Of a DNA stretch of 64,000 bases, positions 12,961-26,716 are shown piece after piece (the first letter of the stretch is position 1; each line of letters begins with the position of its first letter). The notes under the pieces were generated by a model. It saw only the letters and a program-made list of their open reading frames with translations, had not been told where the DNA came from and ran no database searches. This DNA is from Eledone cirrhosa. Its lineage: Eukaryota. Location of the stretch: NCBI GenBank assembly GCA_964016885.1, contig OZ024741.1, positions 101,122,001 through 101,186,000 on the forward strand, given 5' to 3'. The position numbers and the translations under genes are program-made.

Positions 12961-13271
12961 ATGGTCTCAGCTGGATGGCTGGAACAGCTAAAAGAGTATA
13001 TATATATATTTAATATAGAAATGGCTTCAACAGGACTAGAACTGTTTCATTTGGAGGAAATCATCAGAAAAGCCGACTGTCAATGTAATATGGTGGTATT
13101 TATACATTTTCTGGTGGTAGGGGAGGGTAGTAAATTGATGCTAAGTAGACAAACACATACACACTGACAGGCACTCCAAATTTTCAAGATTCATTTATTC
13201 CAAACAAACAAAGGGTTTTCATTGAGTAGCAATATTAAAATGCTCTGCTAAAAGATATAAGTATGTGTGTG

Positions 13272-13302
<31 letters not shown>

Positions 13303-13380
13303 TTGTGTGTATATATATATATATATGTGTGTGTGTATGTATATATATATATATGTGTGTGTGTGTTTGTGTATAAATAT

Positions 13381-15128
13381 ATCATCATCATCGTTTAACG
13401 TCCATTTTCCACACTAGCATGGGTCTGGACGGGAATTGTCCCACTTGAGGCAAGATTGGTTGTCTTGCGGGTTTTCTATGGCTGGATGCCCTTCCTAACA
13501 CCAACCACGTTTACAGTGTGAACTGGGAGGTTTTTACCGTGTTACCTATACGGCCACATTACAGCGTGGACTGTGTGTTTTATTGTCGTGACACCTACAC
13601 GTCTGGCGGGTTTTCTACGGCTGGGTGCCCTTCCCGACACCAACCACATTTACAGTGTGTACTGGGATGTTTTTGCCGTGTTACCTACATGGCCACATTA
13701 CAGCCTGGACTGTGTGTTTTTTTGTCGTGACACCTACACGACCTCATTTGTTTCGGACTGGATGTTGTGGTACCAACATAACTTCACATTTAAGGAGGTG
13801 GTGTGGATGGGGTGGGGGTAGTGGGACGGGGGTGTATTTTGTTAGAGGTGCCTACTGACTGTAGGTTTCGCTTTGTACTTAGGCAAGGCGGGTCTTCTGT
13901 ATAACTGTGTGGCGCTAAAGATCTCGGTCCAGTGACATTGTCTTGGAGAGGTGTAAGTGTGTGAGGTCGGAATTTATCAAGTCGTCCCAGGTTTTTCTGG
14001 GTCTGCCTACTCCGTGGCTACTGTCTATTTTTATCGCCCTGCAATTTTTTATACAGCTGTCGTCTTTCACTTTCATGCGCATCACGTGACCATACCAACG
14101 TAGTCTTCTCTCGAGTAAACAACATCTGATCCCTCTTATTCCTAATTTCTCCCTTAGTTCGTTTATGCTTTGCCGTTCACGTATATTACTATTACACATC
14201 CAGCGGAGCATGCAAGCTTTGTTTCTCTCCAGTCTGCGTATATCCTCTGCACACAATGCCCAGGTCTCACTGCCATGTAACATTGCTGTTCGTATGCAGG
14301 TATCATACAGCCTGCCTTTCATTTTTAGAGAGAACCCTTTAGCGGCCAATAGTGGTATAAGCTCTCTGAACTTTTTCCATCCCGTTCTGACTCTAGCTAC
14401 TGTACTTTCAGAGTACCCTCCCCCACTGCTGATTTTGTCACCCAGGTAACGGAAGCTGTCCACTATTTCTATAGAACCATCTGTGCAATGGAATGAGCTA
14501 GTATTCTGTGGGCACTTGCTGCTACTTATTGCACCAGAGCACCGGCCACATATAAAATCTATATTCTTAGTTAGCTTACCTGTGATCCCACTACATCTTT
14601 TATGCACCCATACTTTGCATTTGGGACATAAAATGGAGTTTCTGTCTACTCCTTTCCTACACACTGAGCATGGCCATTTCTCAGATGGGACCGGTGCCCT
14701 ATTTTCCTTCCTACAAACTAGAACTTTAGTCTTAGACAAGTTAACTTTAAGGCCTTTTGATTCTAGGCCATGTTTACATGTTTGGAATTTCTTCTCTAGT
14801 TCAGCCATTGATTCAGCTATGAGCGTTAGATCATCTGCATATAGGAGTTCCCATGGGCAGCCGGTCTTGAACTCCTCTGTTATAGCCTGAACGGCAATAA
14901 TAAATAGTAGGGGGCTAAGGACGGAGCCCTGATGAACACCAACTTTTACGCTAAACTCTTCACTATATTCGTTGTTAATTCTAACCTTGCTGACTGTTTC
15001 TTTATACATGGCTTGTATAGCTCTCACAAGCCATTCATCAACACCTAGTTTTCTAAGGGCCCACCAGATAATCGAGCGGGATACTCTGTCAAAGGCTTTC
15101 TCCAAGTCAACAAAGGCTAAGTATAGGG
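13381..15128 (-). mobile_element. RTE family B LINE, 5'-truncated
   Basis: 396-aa ORF with VDLEKAFDRV, GVHQGSVLSP, LLYADD and a Cys-rich finger; (TGA)n tail; both flanks are microsatellite. Confidence 0.93.
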
Positions 15129-15741
15129 ATTTATATATATATATATATGTGTGTGTGTGATGTGTGTGTGTGCAAATTTCAATAATATTAAGACACCCTA
15201 GTGAGGGTTAAACGCCCTATAGTGAAAAGTTTGGCCAATAAATGGAACAAGATTTTATGAACTCCTCCTATGGTTTTGGAGATAGACCCCCATAACCATA
15301 TATATTCTGAAACTACATTGCCCAGGTTATTTGTATAAGTATATTTCATTTTAATCAAAGGGTTCATCGGGGGCACAAAACCGCCGCTGAAACTTTACCT
15401 TCAATTTATATGAAATTTAAACCATAGGTAAATGACAAGATATGATGCCTATTCACAAAAGTTTTCAATTGATATTTTTAAAAAAATTATTTACAAGAAA
15501 CAAAATTTAATAATGCAATTTTGATTTGATATATTACAAAAAATGATGTTTTCCAATTTTTCATGCATTATATTTTACATTGAGTAATATTGAGTTTTTC
15601 TCCATAAATTATATCACTGATTTAAAATCAATCATCATTTTCTTACAAAAAAAATGTGTGAAACGCAGCAAGGCGCTGGTAATTCGGCTAGTATATATGT
15701 ATATGTGAGTGTGTGTATATATATGTGTGTGTGTGCTCATT

Positions 15742-16700
15742 ATGTAGGTAGAAACTCCATCCTCTGCCCCATATGCAAACTATGGGTACACAAGAGATGT
15801 AGTGGGATCTCAGGAAGTTTAGTTAAGAATGTAAGCTTTACATGTAGCAGTTGCACCAGGACAGTAAGCAGCAAACAATCACTGAAAACAAGTGACATCA
15901 AAGTCTGGGAGGACTTGGTAAAAACAATACCGAATTAGCAGCGGAGGGGGCTGTTCTGAAAGAACGGGATGGAAGAAGTTGAGGGAGCTACTGCCACAGC
16001 TGGATACAAAAGGCTTTTCCCTCAGAATAAAAGGTAGACTGTATGATGTGTGCATATGAACGGCAATGTTGCATGGTAGTGAGAGCTGGGCGCTGTGTGT
16101 AGAAGACTTGCGTAGATTAGAAAGGAATGAAGCTTGTATGCTCCGATGGATGTGTAATAGTAATATACGCGAACAGCAAAGCATAAACAAACTGAAAGAG
16201 AAACTAGGCATAAGAAGAATCAAATGTTGTGTGCAGGAGAGGAGATTATGTTGGTATGGACATGTGATTCGTATGAAGGATGACAGCTACATAAAGTCCC
16301 AGAAAGACTTGAGATGAAGTGATAAAAGCCGACCTTGCCCAATTGCACCTCTGAAAGGCAATGACACAGGACCAAGAGCTCTGGCGTTATGAGGTAATAC
16401 AGAAACCCCAACATCCCATGGGCCCAGGCCAAGGCTGAAACATACAGTATGCACCACTCCATCCCACCCGCCAATATATCTTTCATGAGAACAGGCCGAA
16501 ACACTGTAAAGTGGTCGTGATGGTGACTCGGTAAAAAACACCCAGTCCACACTGTAAAGTAGTCGTGGAGGAATCACAACAAAAAACACCCAGTACTCAC
16601 TGTAAATGAGCTTGGCATTACGAAGGGCATGCAGCTGTAGAAAACAAGCCAAAATCAGTTCTTTATGAGCAAGACATGGTCACCTGACCTAACATTGCCA
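15742..16700 (+). mobile_element. RTE family B, decayed fragment
   Basis: VGRNSILCPICKLWVHKRCSG...MLHGSESW and 3'UTR. Confidence 0.85.
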
Positions 16701-16705
16701 ACAAT

Positions 16706-17078
16706 AGAAGGCACATGGCTCAGTGGTTAGAGCATTGGTCTTGCAATTGAAAGGTTGTGAGTTTAATTCTCGGACCGGGTGATGTGTTGTTTCCTTGAGC
16801 AAGACACTTTATTTCACATTGCTCCAGTTTACTCAGCTGTAGAAATGAGATGATAGGACTGGGGTCCCTATCATTCCACTGCAAAGTGGTCGTGGAGGTG
16901 CCACGGCAAAAAAAAAAAAAAATACCCACCACTCACTGTAAATGAGGTTGGTGTTAGGAAGGGCATCCAGCCAGAATCAGTTCCTGTATGAGCAAGACAA
17001 GGTCAGCCGACCGGACACTGCTCACAACAGGACAACCCATGCTAGCGTAGAAGAACTGACATAAAATGATGATGATGA
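16706..17078 (+). mobile_element. tRNA-SINE with an RTE-derived 3' tail
   Basis: Head GGCACATGGCTCAGTGGTTAGAGC...GTGAGTTTAATTCTC, shared body, RTE-B 3'UTR and (TGA)n. Confidence 0.85.
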
Positions 17079-17466
17079 AATATAACAGAGTTTTATAGCT
17101 TGCTTGAAGCATTGATGAATAGGAAACACAAATTTAAATTTTGAAAACCAAGTTGAGGGCCTTTGAACCCCAGGCTATTGCAATAGCTGCTCCTGATTCT
17201 AGATGTGGAAGACGGGACTTTTGGTACCACACAGTGATGTCCTGTTCGAGAATTGGTCCAGCTCTCAATGCGAAAGTTTGGTCTTAGTCCCCCCAGGATT
17301 TTCCATATGTATATCATTGCATATCTCTCCCGTCTTCATTCCGAGGAGTAGAGTTTCAGTTCTTTTAGACTCTCCCAGTAGTTTATCTCCTTCATCGTGG
17401 CAACTTCATTAGATTGCTTCAAGCTCCATGCTTAGTTTGATACTATGGGGTGACCACAGCTGGGAG

Positions 17467-17836
17467 CATTCATCATCATTTCATTTTACGTCCACTTTTT
17501 CCCTGCTTGCAAGGGTGGGACGAGAACTGATTCTGGCTTGATTTCTGCAGCTGGATGCCCTTCCTAACATCAACCTCATTTACAGTGAGTGCTGGGTGCT
17601 TTTTTCCCATGGCACCTCCACATCCACTTTACAGTGTGGGCTGGGTGCTTTTTTGTCATGGCACCTCCACGACCACTTTGCAGCGGAATGATAGGGACCC
17701 CAGTCCTATCATCTCATTTCTACAGCTGAGTAAACTGGAGAAATGTGAAATAAAGTGTCTTGCTCAAGGAAACAACACATCACCCGGTGTGAGAATTGAA
17801 CTCACAACCTTTCGATTGCAAGGCCAATGCGCTCAA
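17467..17836 (-). mobile_element. tRNA-SINE (same family)
   Basis: Near-identical to 20501-20834 and 53755-54098. Confidence 0.85.
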
Positions 17837-17862
17837 TATGTATGTATATATATATATATAAT

Positions 17863-18403
17863 TAGTAATAATAATACATATGAAGACTAAAATCCAAAGA
17901 GGTTCTTATATAAGAACCGTAGAGCAAATATTTATTAAAATAACAGATTAAAGTTTAAGCAAAGAATCGGCTGCTTTCACCCTGAATGGGATCTTCTGAA
18001 ACTAAAAAAAAAATCAATCTGTAAACGCAGAAGTAAATATTTTGAAAAATGTTGCAACCGAAGGAAGGCGATACTTTGGTTCGTGGAGACATAGTTTTAG
18101 GTATTTCTTCCTGCTTGGTACGCGTATGTTCTTTGTAGAAATATTCAGATGTTTCTGCATGATGAATATAAGTCAATAGAGTACTCAATCAAGGGAGCCA
18201 AATAGTAATAATAATAAATTTGAAGACTAACATCCAAAGAGAGCTCGATAAGGATAAGTATATATCAAATATATAAGAACCGTAGAGCAAATATTTATTA
18301 AAATAACAGATTAAATTTTAAGCAAAGAATCAGCTGCTTTCACCCTTAATGGGATCTTCTGAAACTAAAAAAAATCAATCTGTGAACGCAGAAGTAAATA
18401 TTT
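17863..18403. repeat. Tandem duplication, period about 340 bp (1.5 units)
   Basis: 17863-18042 is repeated at 18203-18403. Confidence 0.85.
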
Positions 18404-18509
18404 CTAAGCCGACCTTTCCCAATTGCACTTCTCAAGGGCAATGACACACGACCATGACCTCTGGCGTCACACAGTAATACAGAAGACCCGACTTTCCACA
18501 GGAACATAT

Positions 18510-21300
18510 AGACAATATTTGTTTTCCTTTGTTTTTTTATGTCCTATCAACTAATCCGACCTCCAAAATGCTTGCAATTGACTATTTTTTTAGCATATTA
18601 ACAACAAATATGATTTCCACTGCAATTAAAAATGACTAGCTTTGTGAATGGTTTTTCCACCCACTTTCTGCCTTCATTTTGCTACAAAGCTAATCATTGA
18701 CGATAAGTTTCAAAGTTATATTCATTCATAATATGTGAAAAAAATAGTCAACTGCGAGCATTGGTGTGATGTAAATGGTAGGAGTAGGTGTTCTGTAATA
18801 AATTTACCATATGGTGAAGTATGGTTATGGTGAAGTATATGATGTGGATTGGGGTAGATTAATGTGGTGTGCTGTGCTTTGTTATAAGTGAGGATTTAAA
18901 TTTCCACTTTGATTTATGTTAGAAAAAAAATTTTCCTTCATTTTTGCATGTGCTATCAACTTCCAAGAAGCTCGCAGTGGACTATGCTTTTAGCATATTA
19001 ACAAAAAATATGACTTCCGCTGCAATAAAAAATGGCTAGCTTTGTAAATGGTATTTCCACCCACATCCTCCCTCACAACCTTCTACAAAGCTAGTCATTT
19101 TCATCAGGTTTCCATGTCATAACCATTGATAATATGTGCATAAAATAGTAATTTGCTAGCACCATTTATGTCAAATTGGGTGGTAAACACAAAAAAAAAA
19201 AAAAAAGATGCCAAATGAAAGTTTGTCACACCAAAATCAATAGCTTGGTGTGATGTAGTATGGTGTGGTTTGGTGAAGTTTCTACAAAGATAGTCATTTT
19301 CGACAGGTTTCCATGTCATAATTATTGATATGTGAAAAAAAAAGTAAATTGGGAGCACCTTTAATGTCAGATTGAGTAGTAAGCACACAGAAGAAAAAAA
19401 AAGGAAACGGGAAAAAAAGGTTTCACACCAAGATCAATAGCTTGGTGCGATGTAGTATAGTGTAACTTGGTATGGTGTGGTTTGGTTTGGTGAAGTTATG
19501 AAATGGAAACCAATTCTAAACGATAGATTCCCATGTCATATTCATTGATAATGTGGAAAAATAGTCATTTGCAAGCACCTTTGATGTTAGTTTGAGGTGG
19601 TAACCACAAAAAAAAAAAAAAAAGCAGGTAGCAAATTTGTCACATTGATGTCCATACCATGGAGTGATGTAAATGATAGGAGTAGGTGTTCTGTAATAAA
19701 TTTACCATAATATGGTGCTGTTTGATATGGTGTGGTTTGGGGTAGATTAATGTGGTCTGGTGTGCTTTGTTATAAGTAAGGAATTAAATTTCAACTTTGA
19801 TTTATGTAAGAAAAAAATTTTTTTGTTCACTTTTGCATGTGCTAACAACTAATACAACTTCCAAGATGCTCGCAGTGGACTCTGCTTTTAGCATATTAAC
19901 AAAAAATATAACTTCCGCTGCAATAAAAAATGACTAGCTTTGTAAATGGTATTTCCACCCACATCCTCCCTCTTTTTTCTACAAAGCTAGTCATTTTTGA
20001 CAGTTTTCCATGTCATAATTATTGATAATATGTGCGAAAAATAGTCAATTGCAGCACCTTTGATGTCAGATTGGGTGGTAAGAACACACACAAAAAAAAA
20101 AAAAGAAACAGGAAGAAAATTTTTCACACTGAGATCAAAAGCATGGTGTGATGTAGAATGGTGTAGTTTGTTATGGTGTGGTTTGGATTGTTGGAGTTAT
20201 GACATGGGAACCTATTGCAAATGATAGGTTTCCATGTTATATACATTGATAATGTGTAAAAAAATAGTCATTTGTGAGCACCTTTGATATCAGATTGGAT
20301 GGTAAGCACACACACACACAAAAAAAAAAAAACAGGAAGAAAAATGTTCTCACTGAGATTAATAGCATGGTGTGATGTAGTATGGTGTAGTTTGCTATGG
20401 TGTAGTCTAATGTAGTTTGCTATGGTGTAGTCTAATGTAGTTTAATGTGGTATGGTTTTCCAACCTCCAACATGCTCACAGCCGACTATGCTTTTACCAT
20501 CATCATCATCATTTTACGTCCACTTTTCCCTGCTTGCAAGGGTGGGACGGGAACTGATTCTGGCTTGATTTCTACAGCTGGATGCCCTTCCTAACACCAA
20601 CCTCATTTACAGTGAGTGCTGGGTGCTTTTTGCCGTGGCACCTACATGACCACTTTGCAGTGGAATGATAGGGACCCCAGTCCCTATCATCTCATTTCTA
20701 CAGCTGAGTAAACTGGAGCAATGTGTAATAAAGTGTCTTGCACAAGGAAACAACACACAACCTGGTCTGAGAATTGAACTCACAACCTTTCGATTGCAAG
20801 GCCAATGCTCTAACCACTAAGCCATGTGCCTCCATTACCATATTAACAACAAATATGACTTTCACTGCAATCAAAAATGACAAGCTTTGTGAATGGTATT
20901 TCCACCCACTTTCTGCCCTCTTTTCTCTACAAAGCTAGTCATTTTCAACAGGTTTCAAAGTCTTCATTGATAATATGTGCAAAAAATAGTTAATTGCAAA
21001 CACTTTTAATGTCAGATTGGGTGGTAAGCACACACACAAAAAAAGCAGGAAGAAAATTTTTCACACTGAGTTCAATAGCATGGTGTGATGTAGTATGTTG
21101 TAGTTTGTTATGGTGTGGTTTGGTTTGGTGTAGTTTGGTATAGTTTAGTTTGGTGTAGTTATAACATGGAAACCTATCATAAATTTACCAAGGTATGGTA
21201 TAATCTGGTTTGGTGTAGTGTGGTGTGGTGTGTTATTGTGTTGCATCGTATAGCGTGATTCTCTTTAAATTAAAATCATTAAAATGTAATGCCTATCTTC
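18510..21300. repeat. Degenerate hierarchical tandem repeat (satellite-like)
   Basis: Recurring modules GACTATGCTTTTAGCATATTAAC..., CTACAAAGCTAGTCATTTT, GCACCTTTGATGTCAGATTGGGTGGTAAGCAC and (GGTGT)n near 18580, 18980, 19880 and 20485/20840. Confidence 0.85.
20501..20834 (-). mobile_element. Full-length tRNA-SINE with a 7-bp TSD
   Basis: TTACCAT at 20494-20500 and 20835-20841; the SINE interrupts a satellite unit. Confidence 0.9.
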
Positions 21301-21349
21301 TATATCTTAAAGAGTGACCTTAAATGTGATTGCAAATGACTTTTTTCTC

Positions 21350-21918
21350 TGGGTTAATGTTAGTGTTAGGGTAAGTTTTACTGTTAATGATAAGTTTATT
21401 GTTAGTGACTGTGTTACTGTTAGCATTATTCTCACTGTTAGTGTTACTGTAATTGTTACTCTTACAGTTACTGTTTGCGTTACTGTCTGCATCAGCATTA
21501 GCATTTGCATAAGCGTATATGTAAGCTTTTGTGTTAGTGTCTATGTAGACTGGTGTTAGCATCTGCGTTAGTGTTTGCGTAAGTGTCAGCGTCTGCACTG
21601 GTGATAGTTATTGTGTCAGCATTTCCCTTAGCGTCTGAGTCAACATTAGTGTTAGCATTAGTGTTTGTTTCAGTGCCTACGTCTACGTCAGCTTCTGAGT
21701 CAGCATTATCATTAGCGTCCGCGTCAGCACTTGTGTCAGTGTCAGCATTTCCCTCAGTGTCAGCGTTTGCATCAGCATGCACGTCAGCATTTGCATTTGT
21801 GTAGGGGTTAGCATTTGCGTCAGCATCTGTATCAGCATTCACATTAGCATTAGCGTTTGTGACAGCGTTTCCTTTAACGTCTTTGTCAGCATTTCCGTTA
21901 GCGTCTGTGTCAGCGTTT
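21350..21918. repeat. Degenerate hexamer array (GTTAGT to GTCAGC); resumes at 23160-23265
   Basis: 6-nt periodicity that produces spurious A/D/N/T and V/S ORFs. Confidence 0.8.
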
Positions 21919-23159
21919 CATCATCATCATCATCATCATCATCAGGTTTAGCGTCCGTGTTCCACGCTTGCATGGGTTTGGACGGGGGTTTTCCCACTTG
22001 AGGCAAGAGTGGTTGTCTTGCTCGCATAGGACTGTCTGGCGGGTTTTCTACAGTTGGATGCCCTTCCTAACACCAACCACATTTACAGTGTGGGGCTGGG
22101 AGGTTTTTACCGTGTTGCCTACACGGCCACATTACAGCGTGGACTGTCTGGCGGGTTTTCTACAGCTGGATGCCCTTCCTAACACCAACCACATTTACAG
22201 TGTGGGGCTGGGAGGTTTTTACCGTGTTGCCTACACGGCCACATTTACAGCGTGGACTGTGTGTTTTTTGTCGTGACACCTACACGATCTCATTTGTTTC
22301 GGCCTGGATGTCGTGGGACCAACATAACTTTACATTGAAAGGGGCGGAGGTGGTGGGACGGGGGTGCGTTTTGATAGAGATGCCTACTGACTGTAGTAGG
22401 TTTTTACTTTGTATTTAGGTAAGGCGGGTCTTCTCTATTACTGAGTACCGCCAAAGGTCTCGGTCCAGTGACATTGTCTTGGAGAGGTGTAAGCGTGTGA
22501 GGTCGGAATTTATCAGCTCGTCCCATGTTTTTCTGGGTCTGCCTACTCCGTGGCTACCGTCTATCTTTATTGCCATGCACTTTGTTATACAGCTGTCGTC
22601 TTTCATGCGCATCACGTGACCGTACCAACGTAGCCTTCTCTCGAGTAAACAACATCTGATCCATCTTATTTCTAATTTTTTCCTTAGTTCGTTTATGCTT
22701 TGCCGTTCACGTATATTACTATTGCACATCCAGCGGAGCATGCAAGCTTCGTTCCTCTCTAGTCTGCATATATCCTCTGCACACAATGCCCAGGTCTCAC
22801 TGCCATGCAGCATTGCTGTTCGTATGCAGGCATCGTATAACCTGCCTTTCATTTTTAGGGAGAACCCTCTAGCGGCTAATAGTGGTATAAGCTCTCTGAA
22901 CTTTTTCCATCCAGTTCTGACTCTAGCTACTGTACTTTCAGAGCACCCTCCCCCACTGCTGATTTTGTCACCCAGGTAACGGAAGCTGTCCACTATTTCT
23001 ATAGTACCCTCTGCGCAGTTGAAGGAGCTAGTATTTTGTGGGCACTTGCTGCTACTTATTGCACCAGAGCACCGGCCACATGTAAAATCTATGTTCTTAG
23101 TTAGCTTACCTGTGATCCCACTACATCTTTTATGCACCCATACTTTGCATTTGGGACAT
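21919..23159 (-). mobile_element. RTE family B LINE, 3' 1.2 kb
   Basis: 240-aa ORF remnant, 3'UTR and (TGA)n. Confidence 0.92.
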
Positions 23160-23271
23160 TAGCTTATACGTCAGCGTTTCCGTAATGTCTACGTCAGCGT
23201 TTCCGTTAACATTAGCGTTTCCATTAACCTTTCCTGTGGCGTCCGCATCATTGCAGCGTCTGCATATCCCA

Positions 23272-23769
23272 TGTTTAGCAATGTTTAGACAAATCACAGA
23301 GGCAATAAACATAAAAGAATTACAACCAAAATTAAATAGAAAATATGAGTGGAACAGCAACATCACAACTTACAATTAAGAACAAAATGAAAACACACAC
23401 GCACATAGAACAAACAACCAACCTGTAGCATGTAAATAAACAAATAAATAAACAAATATAAACACACACAGACACCCGGATGTGGCGCATGCGCAGACTG
23501 AGCACACAACACACACACAGAAACAAAATGGCGTAGGACAGAACAAAGGAGGGGCACAAAAACAAAGAAAAGAATCCCCAGTCACTGAAGAGGTCACAGA
23601 ATGTGTGACGAAACAACTTTGACAATATATAAACAACCATCGGATTATGGAACCAACCAACCAACCGGAAATTTATAAATTCCTAAATTTATAAATTTAT
23701 TATAATAAATTGAAGTGAAAGCAACTGGTGCGTGTGTTTCTTATTGGCAACATGACCCTGCCAAAGTAT

Positions 23770-23773
<4 letters not shown>
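23272..23773 (+). mobile_element. Possible solo LTR (TGTT...AACA)
   Basis: TGTT start, TAACA end, AATAAA near 23705 and a GCGCATGCGC element. No clear TSD. Confidence 0.4.
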
Positions 23774-23819
<46 letters not shown>

Positions 23820-23997
23820 ACATACATATATACACACACATATATATACACACACACATATACATTAATAACAATGATAATAATAATAATAACAACAATA
23901 ATAATAATAACAACAACAATAATAATATACATATACATATATATATACACATACACGCACACACATAAACATATCTATACACACACACACACACACG

Positions 23998-26160
23998 ATA
24001 GCAACCAACAGCGCTGCGATCGAATGTGGCTTTTTAGCCCAGCCAATGATCTAAAATGTCTTGCACAGAGTCGGCAACCAAAACATTCACTGGGAATAGT
24101 CGGCTGTGGTTGGAGTTTGTGTACTTTTGCATGTCGCTTGAGCCCTCCTGCTGATTTACATTCTCTACCACATGTTTGGCAAGCATGATGAGTAACATCT
24201 CCAACAGCAGCCTGGTAGTCAACCACTGGTCTTACTTTCTGACTGCGAAGATGACTTTCGAGTCCAGCTTTGCTTAGGCAGAGTCTCGCACATACGCTGC
24301 ATGTCAGCACCATAGGAGGACCCTCGCCGTCTGGAAGTGCAACAGCAATGCTCTTCCTCACATCCCGCTTTACTTTCTCGTATGCGATTCGAGATGCCTC
24401 AAAGGCACTTTTTCCCTCATATACAGTCTTTCTCCATTTATTACAATCAGCAGCAATATTTTCCCATGTATCAGCAGAGATGTTAGCGTCTTTCAGAGAG
24501 GCTTTCAAGGAATCCTTATACCTCTTTTTTGGTTTATGTGGCGGTCGTTTTCCTTTAACCAACTCTCCATAAAAGAGTTGTTTTGGTATTCTAGAATCCT
24601 TCATCCTGGCAAGGTGACCACTCCAACAGAGTCGTTGCTTAAGCACAAGAGCTTCTATACTGTCACACATAGAGCTTTCCAAAATCTCGAAATCACTGAT
24701 GTGGTCTCTCCAGTGAACGCCATGGATCTGTCTGAGACACTTCTGATGGAAACGCTCCAATTGCTTAAGGTGGTGTCGATATGTGACCCAGGTCTCGCAG
24801 GCATAAAGAAGACAAGAGAGCACACATGCCCTGTACACCTTTACCTTTGTCCTCCTGCATATGTCTCGCCGACCCCAGAGTCGCCTTTCTAGCTTTCCGA
24901 AAGCATCACTTGCTTTACTAATCTAAGTGAGATTTCACTGTCAAGGTTGCTGTATCGATTGACAGTGCTTGCCAGGTAGACAAACTGATCAACCACTCCA
25001 AGTCGTTTACCATACACATAGATGTTTGGTTCAGTGTACTGCTTACTGGGGGCAGGTTGGTACATGACGACGGTTTTCTTGAGACTGACAGTCAATCCTA
25101 GGGCAGTGCAAGCGTCAGAAAATGCATTCAAAATGTGCTGCATATCACTCTCTGTGTGCGCTACAAGATCGCAATCATCTGTATACAAGAGGTCTCTTAT
25201 GATTGATGTAAATAGTTTTGTCTTTGCAGCAAAGCGCCTGATGTTAAATATGCTGCCTGAGGTTCGATATCGGATGTAAACACAATGCTCGCAATTCCTG
25301 AATGCAATACAGAAAACCATTGCAAAGTATATGGCAAACAGGGTCGGTGCTGGAATATCCCCCTGTTTCACTCCATTTTTTACTGAGATGGGCTCCGACA
25401 TGTCACCTCCGATATTAACCCAAGCCTTCATGTCGTCATGGAAAGACCTAACTAAAGCAAGGAACTTATCAGGGCAACCAAGTTTCTGGAGAACCTTCCA
25501 TAATGCAACTCTGTTAACAGTATCGAAAGCTTTTGTCAGATCGACAAAAACCTGATACAGATCCAAGCCTTGTTCCATGCACTTCTCCTGGAGCTGTCTA
25601 GCTGAGAAGATCATATCAGTAGTGCCGCGTCCAGCACGAAAACCAGATTGACTTTCAGGAAGAACACAATCTGCAATGTGTGTCAGCAGACGGTCCAGAA
25701 GCACCCTACATAAAACTTTCCCTACGACAGAAAGCAATGATATACCTCTGTAGTTCCCACAATCATTCCTGTTACCCTTTCCCTTGTACAAGACCACCAT
25801 TACTGCATCTCCCCAGTCCTCAGGTACGGATTCATTAGCCCATATCCTGCCAAACAAAGAGTGAAGATGTTGCAGGAGTCTCTCACCACCATATTGTAGG
25901 AGCTCAGCATGTATGCCATCCATACCTGGAGATCTTCCACTGTTCACCTTCGAAATAGCCACTGCAACCTCCACAAGCGTCGGAGGTTCTGCGAGAGCTA
26001 CTTTCACAGGACTTTCTGGAATGAGATTGAGGAAATCTTCACTGACGACAGACGGCTGATTCAAAAGATCATCAAAGTGCTCTCGCCACCTTCGTAGAAT
26101 TCCTTGTGAGTCACGAAGAAGTTCTTTGCCATCCTTGCTGCGAAGCGGTATCACCAGAGA
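23998..26160 (-). mobile_element. RTE family A LINE, 3' half (RT + C-terminal C2H2 fingers)
   Basis: ORFs 24889-26223 and 23975-24838: NYRGISLLS, FVDLTKAFD, LLYTDD and three C-x2-C-x12-H fingers. Confidence 0.93.
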
Positions 26161-26716
26161 AACAAAAAAACTCAAAATAACAAAACACACACACACACGC
26201 ACACAACACAACAACAACATCAACTGCCACCGCCGCCATCACTATCACCAGCGACCGGGCCTTAAGAAAATAACTTTAATAATAATTTTTCTGCTTTTGG
26301 CACGGATCCAGCGACTGGTCCAGCGCATCACTGGTACTCTCTTTTGTTGACTCCGTGGGGATGAAAGGCAAGGTTGACCTCGGTGGGATTTAAGCTCAGA
26401 GCATGGAGAGCCATAACTCTATGCTGTAAAGCAATTATAATAATACTGGACTGTAATACGAACGGCTTCAACTATACAAACTCTTGAAAGTCAACAGTTG
26501 ACATAATCTTGTAATCTTGTATCAGTAATGACGGTAATATATATATATATATATATGTGTAAGTGAGTAGCGTGTGTGTGTTTGTTTGTATGTATGAGTG
26601 TTGCTGTGTGCGTGCGTATGTATGCGTGTGTGTGCGCGCATATGTATGCAGGTGTGTGTATGTTGTACGTATAAGTGTCAATAAGTGAGTTTTTATTTTA
26701 TTTTTTTTTTTTTTTT

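Noticed and set aside
15188-15692. Possible Helitron 3' end (short hairpin + CTAGT) and TTAAG-starting element
   Set aside because: No matching second end or second copy in the window; too weak to call.
16706-16780. tRNA-like sequences with A/B boxes (also near 20760-20834 and 54025-54098)
   Set aside because: These are SINE heads continuous with the SINE body and LINE tail, not tRNA genes.
21534-21842. Ala/Asp/Asn-repeat ORF resembling a structural or antifreeze protein
   Set aside because: Produced by a hexamer array with frame breaks; no splice signals, and it is interrupted by a LINE.
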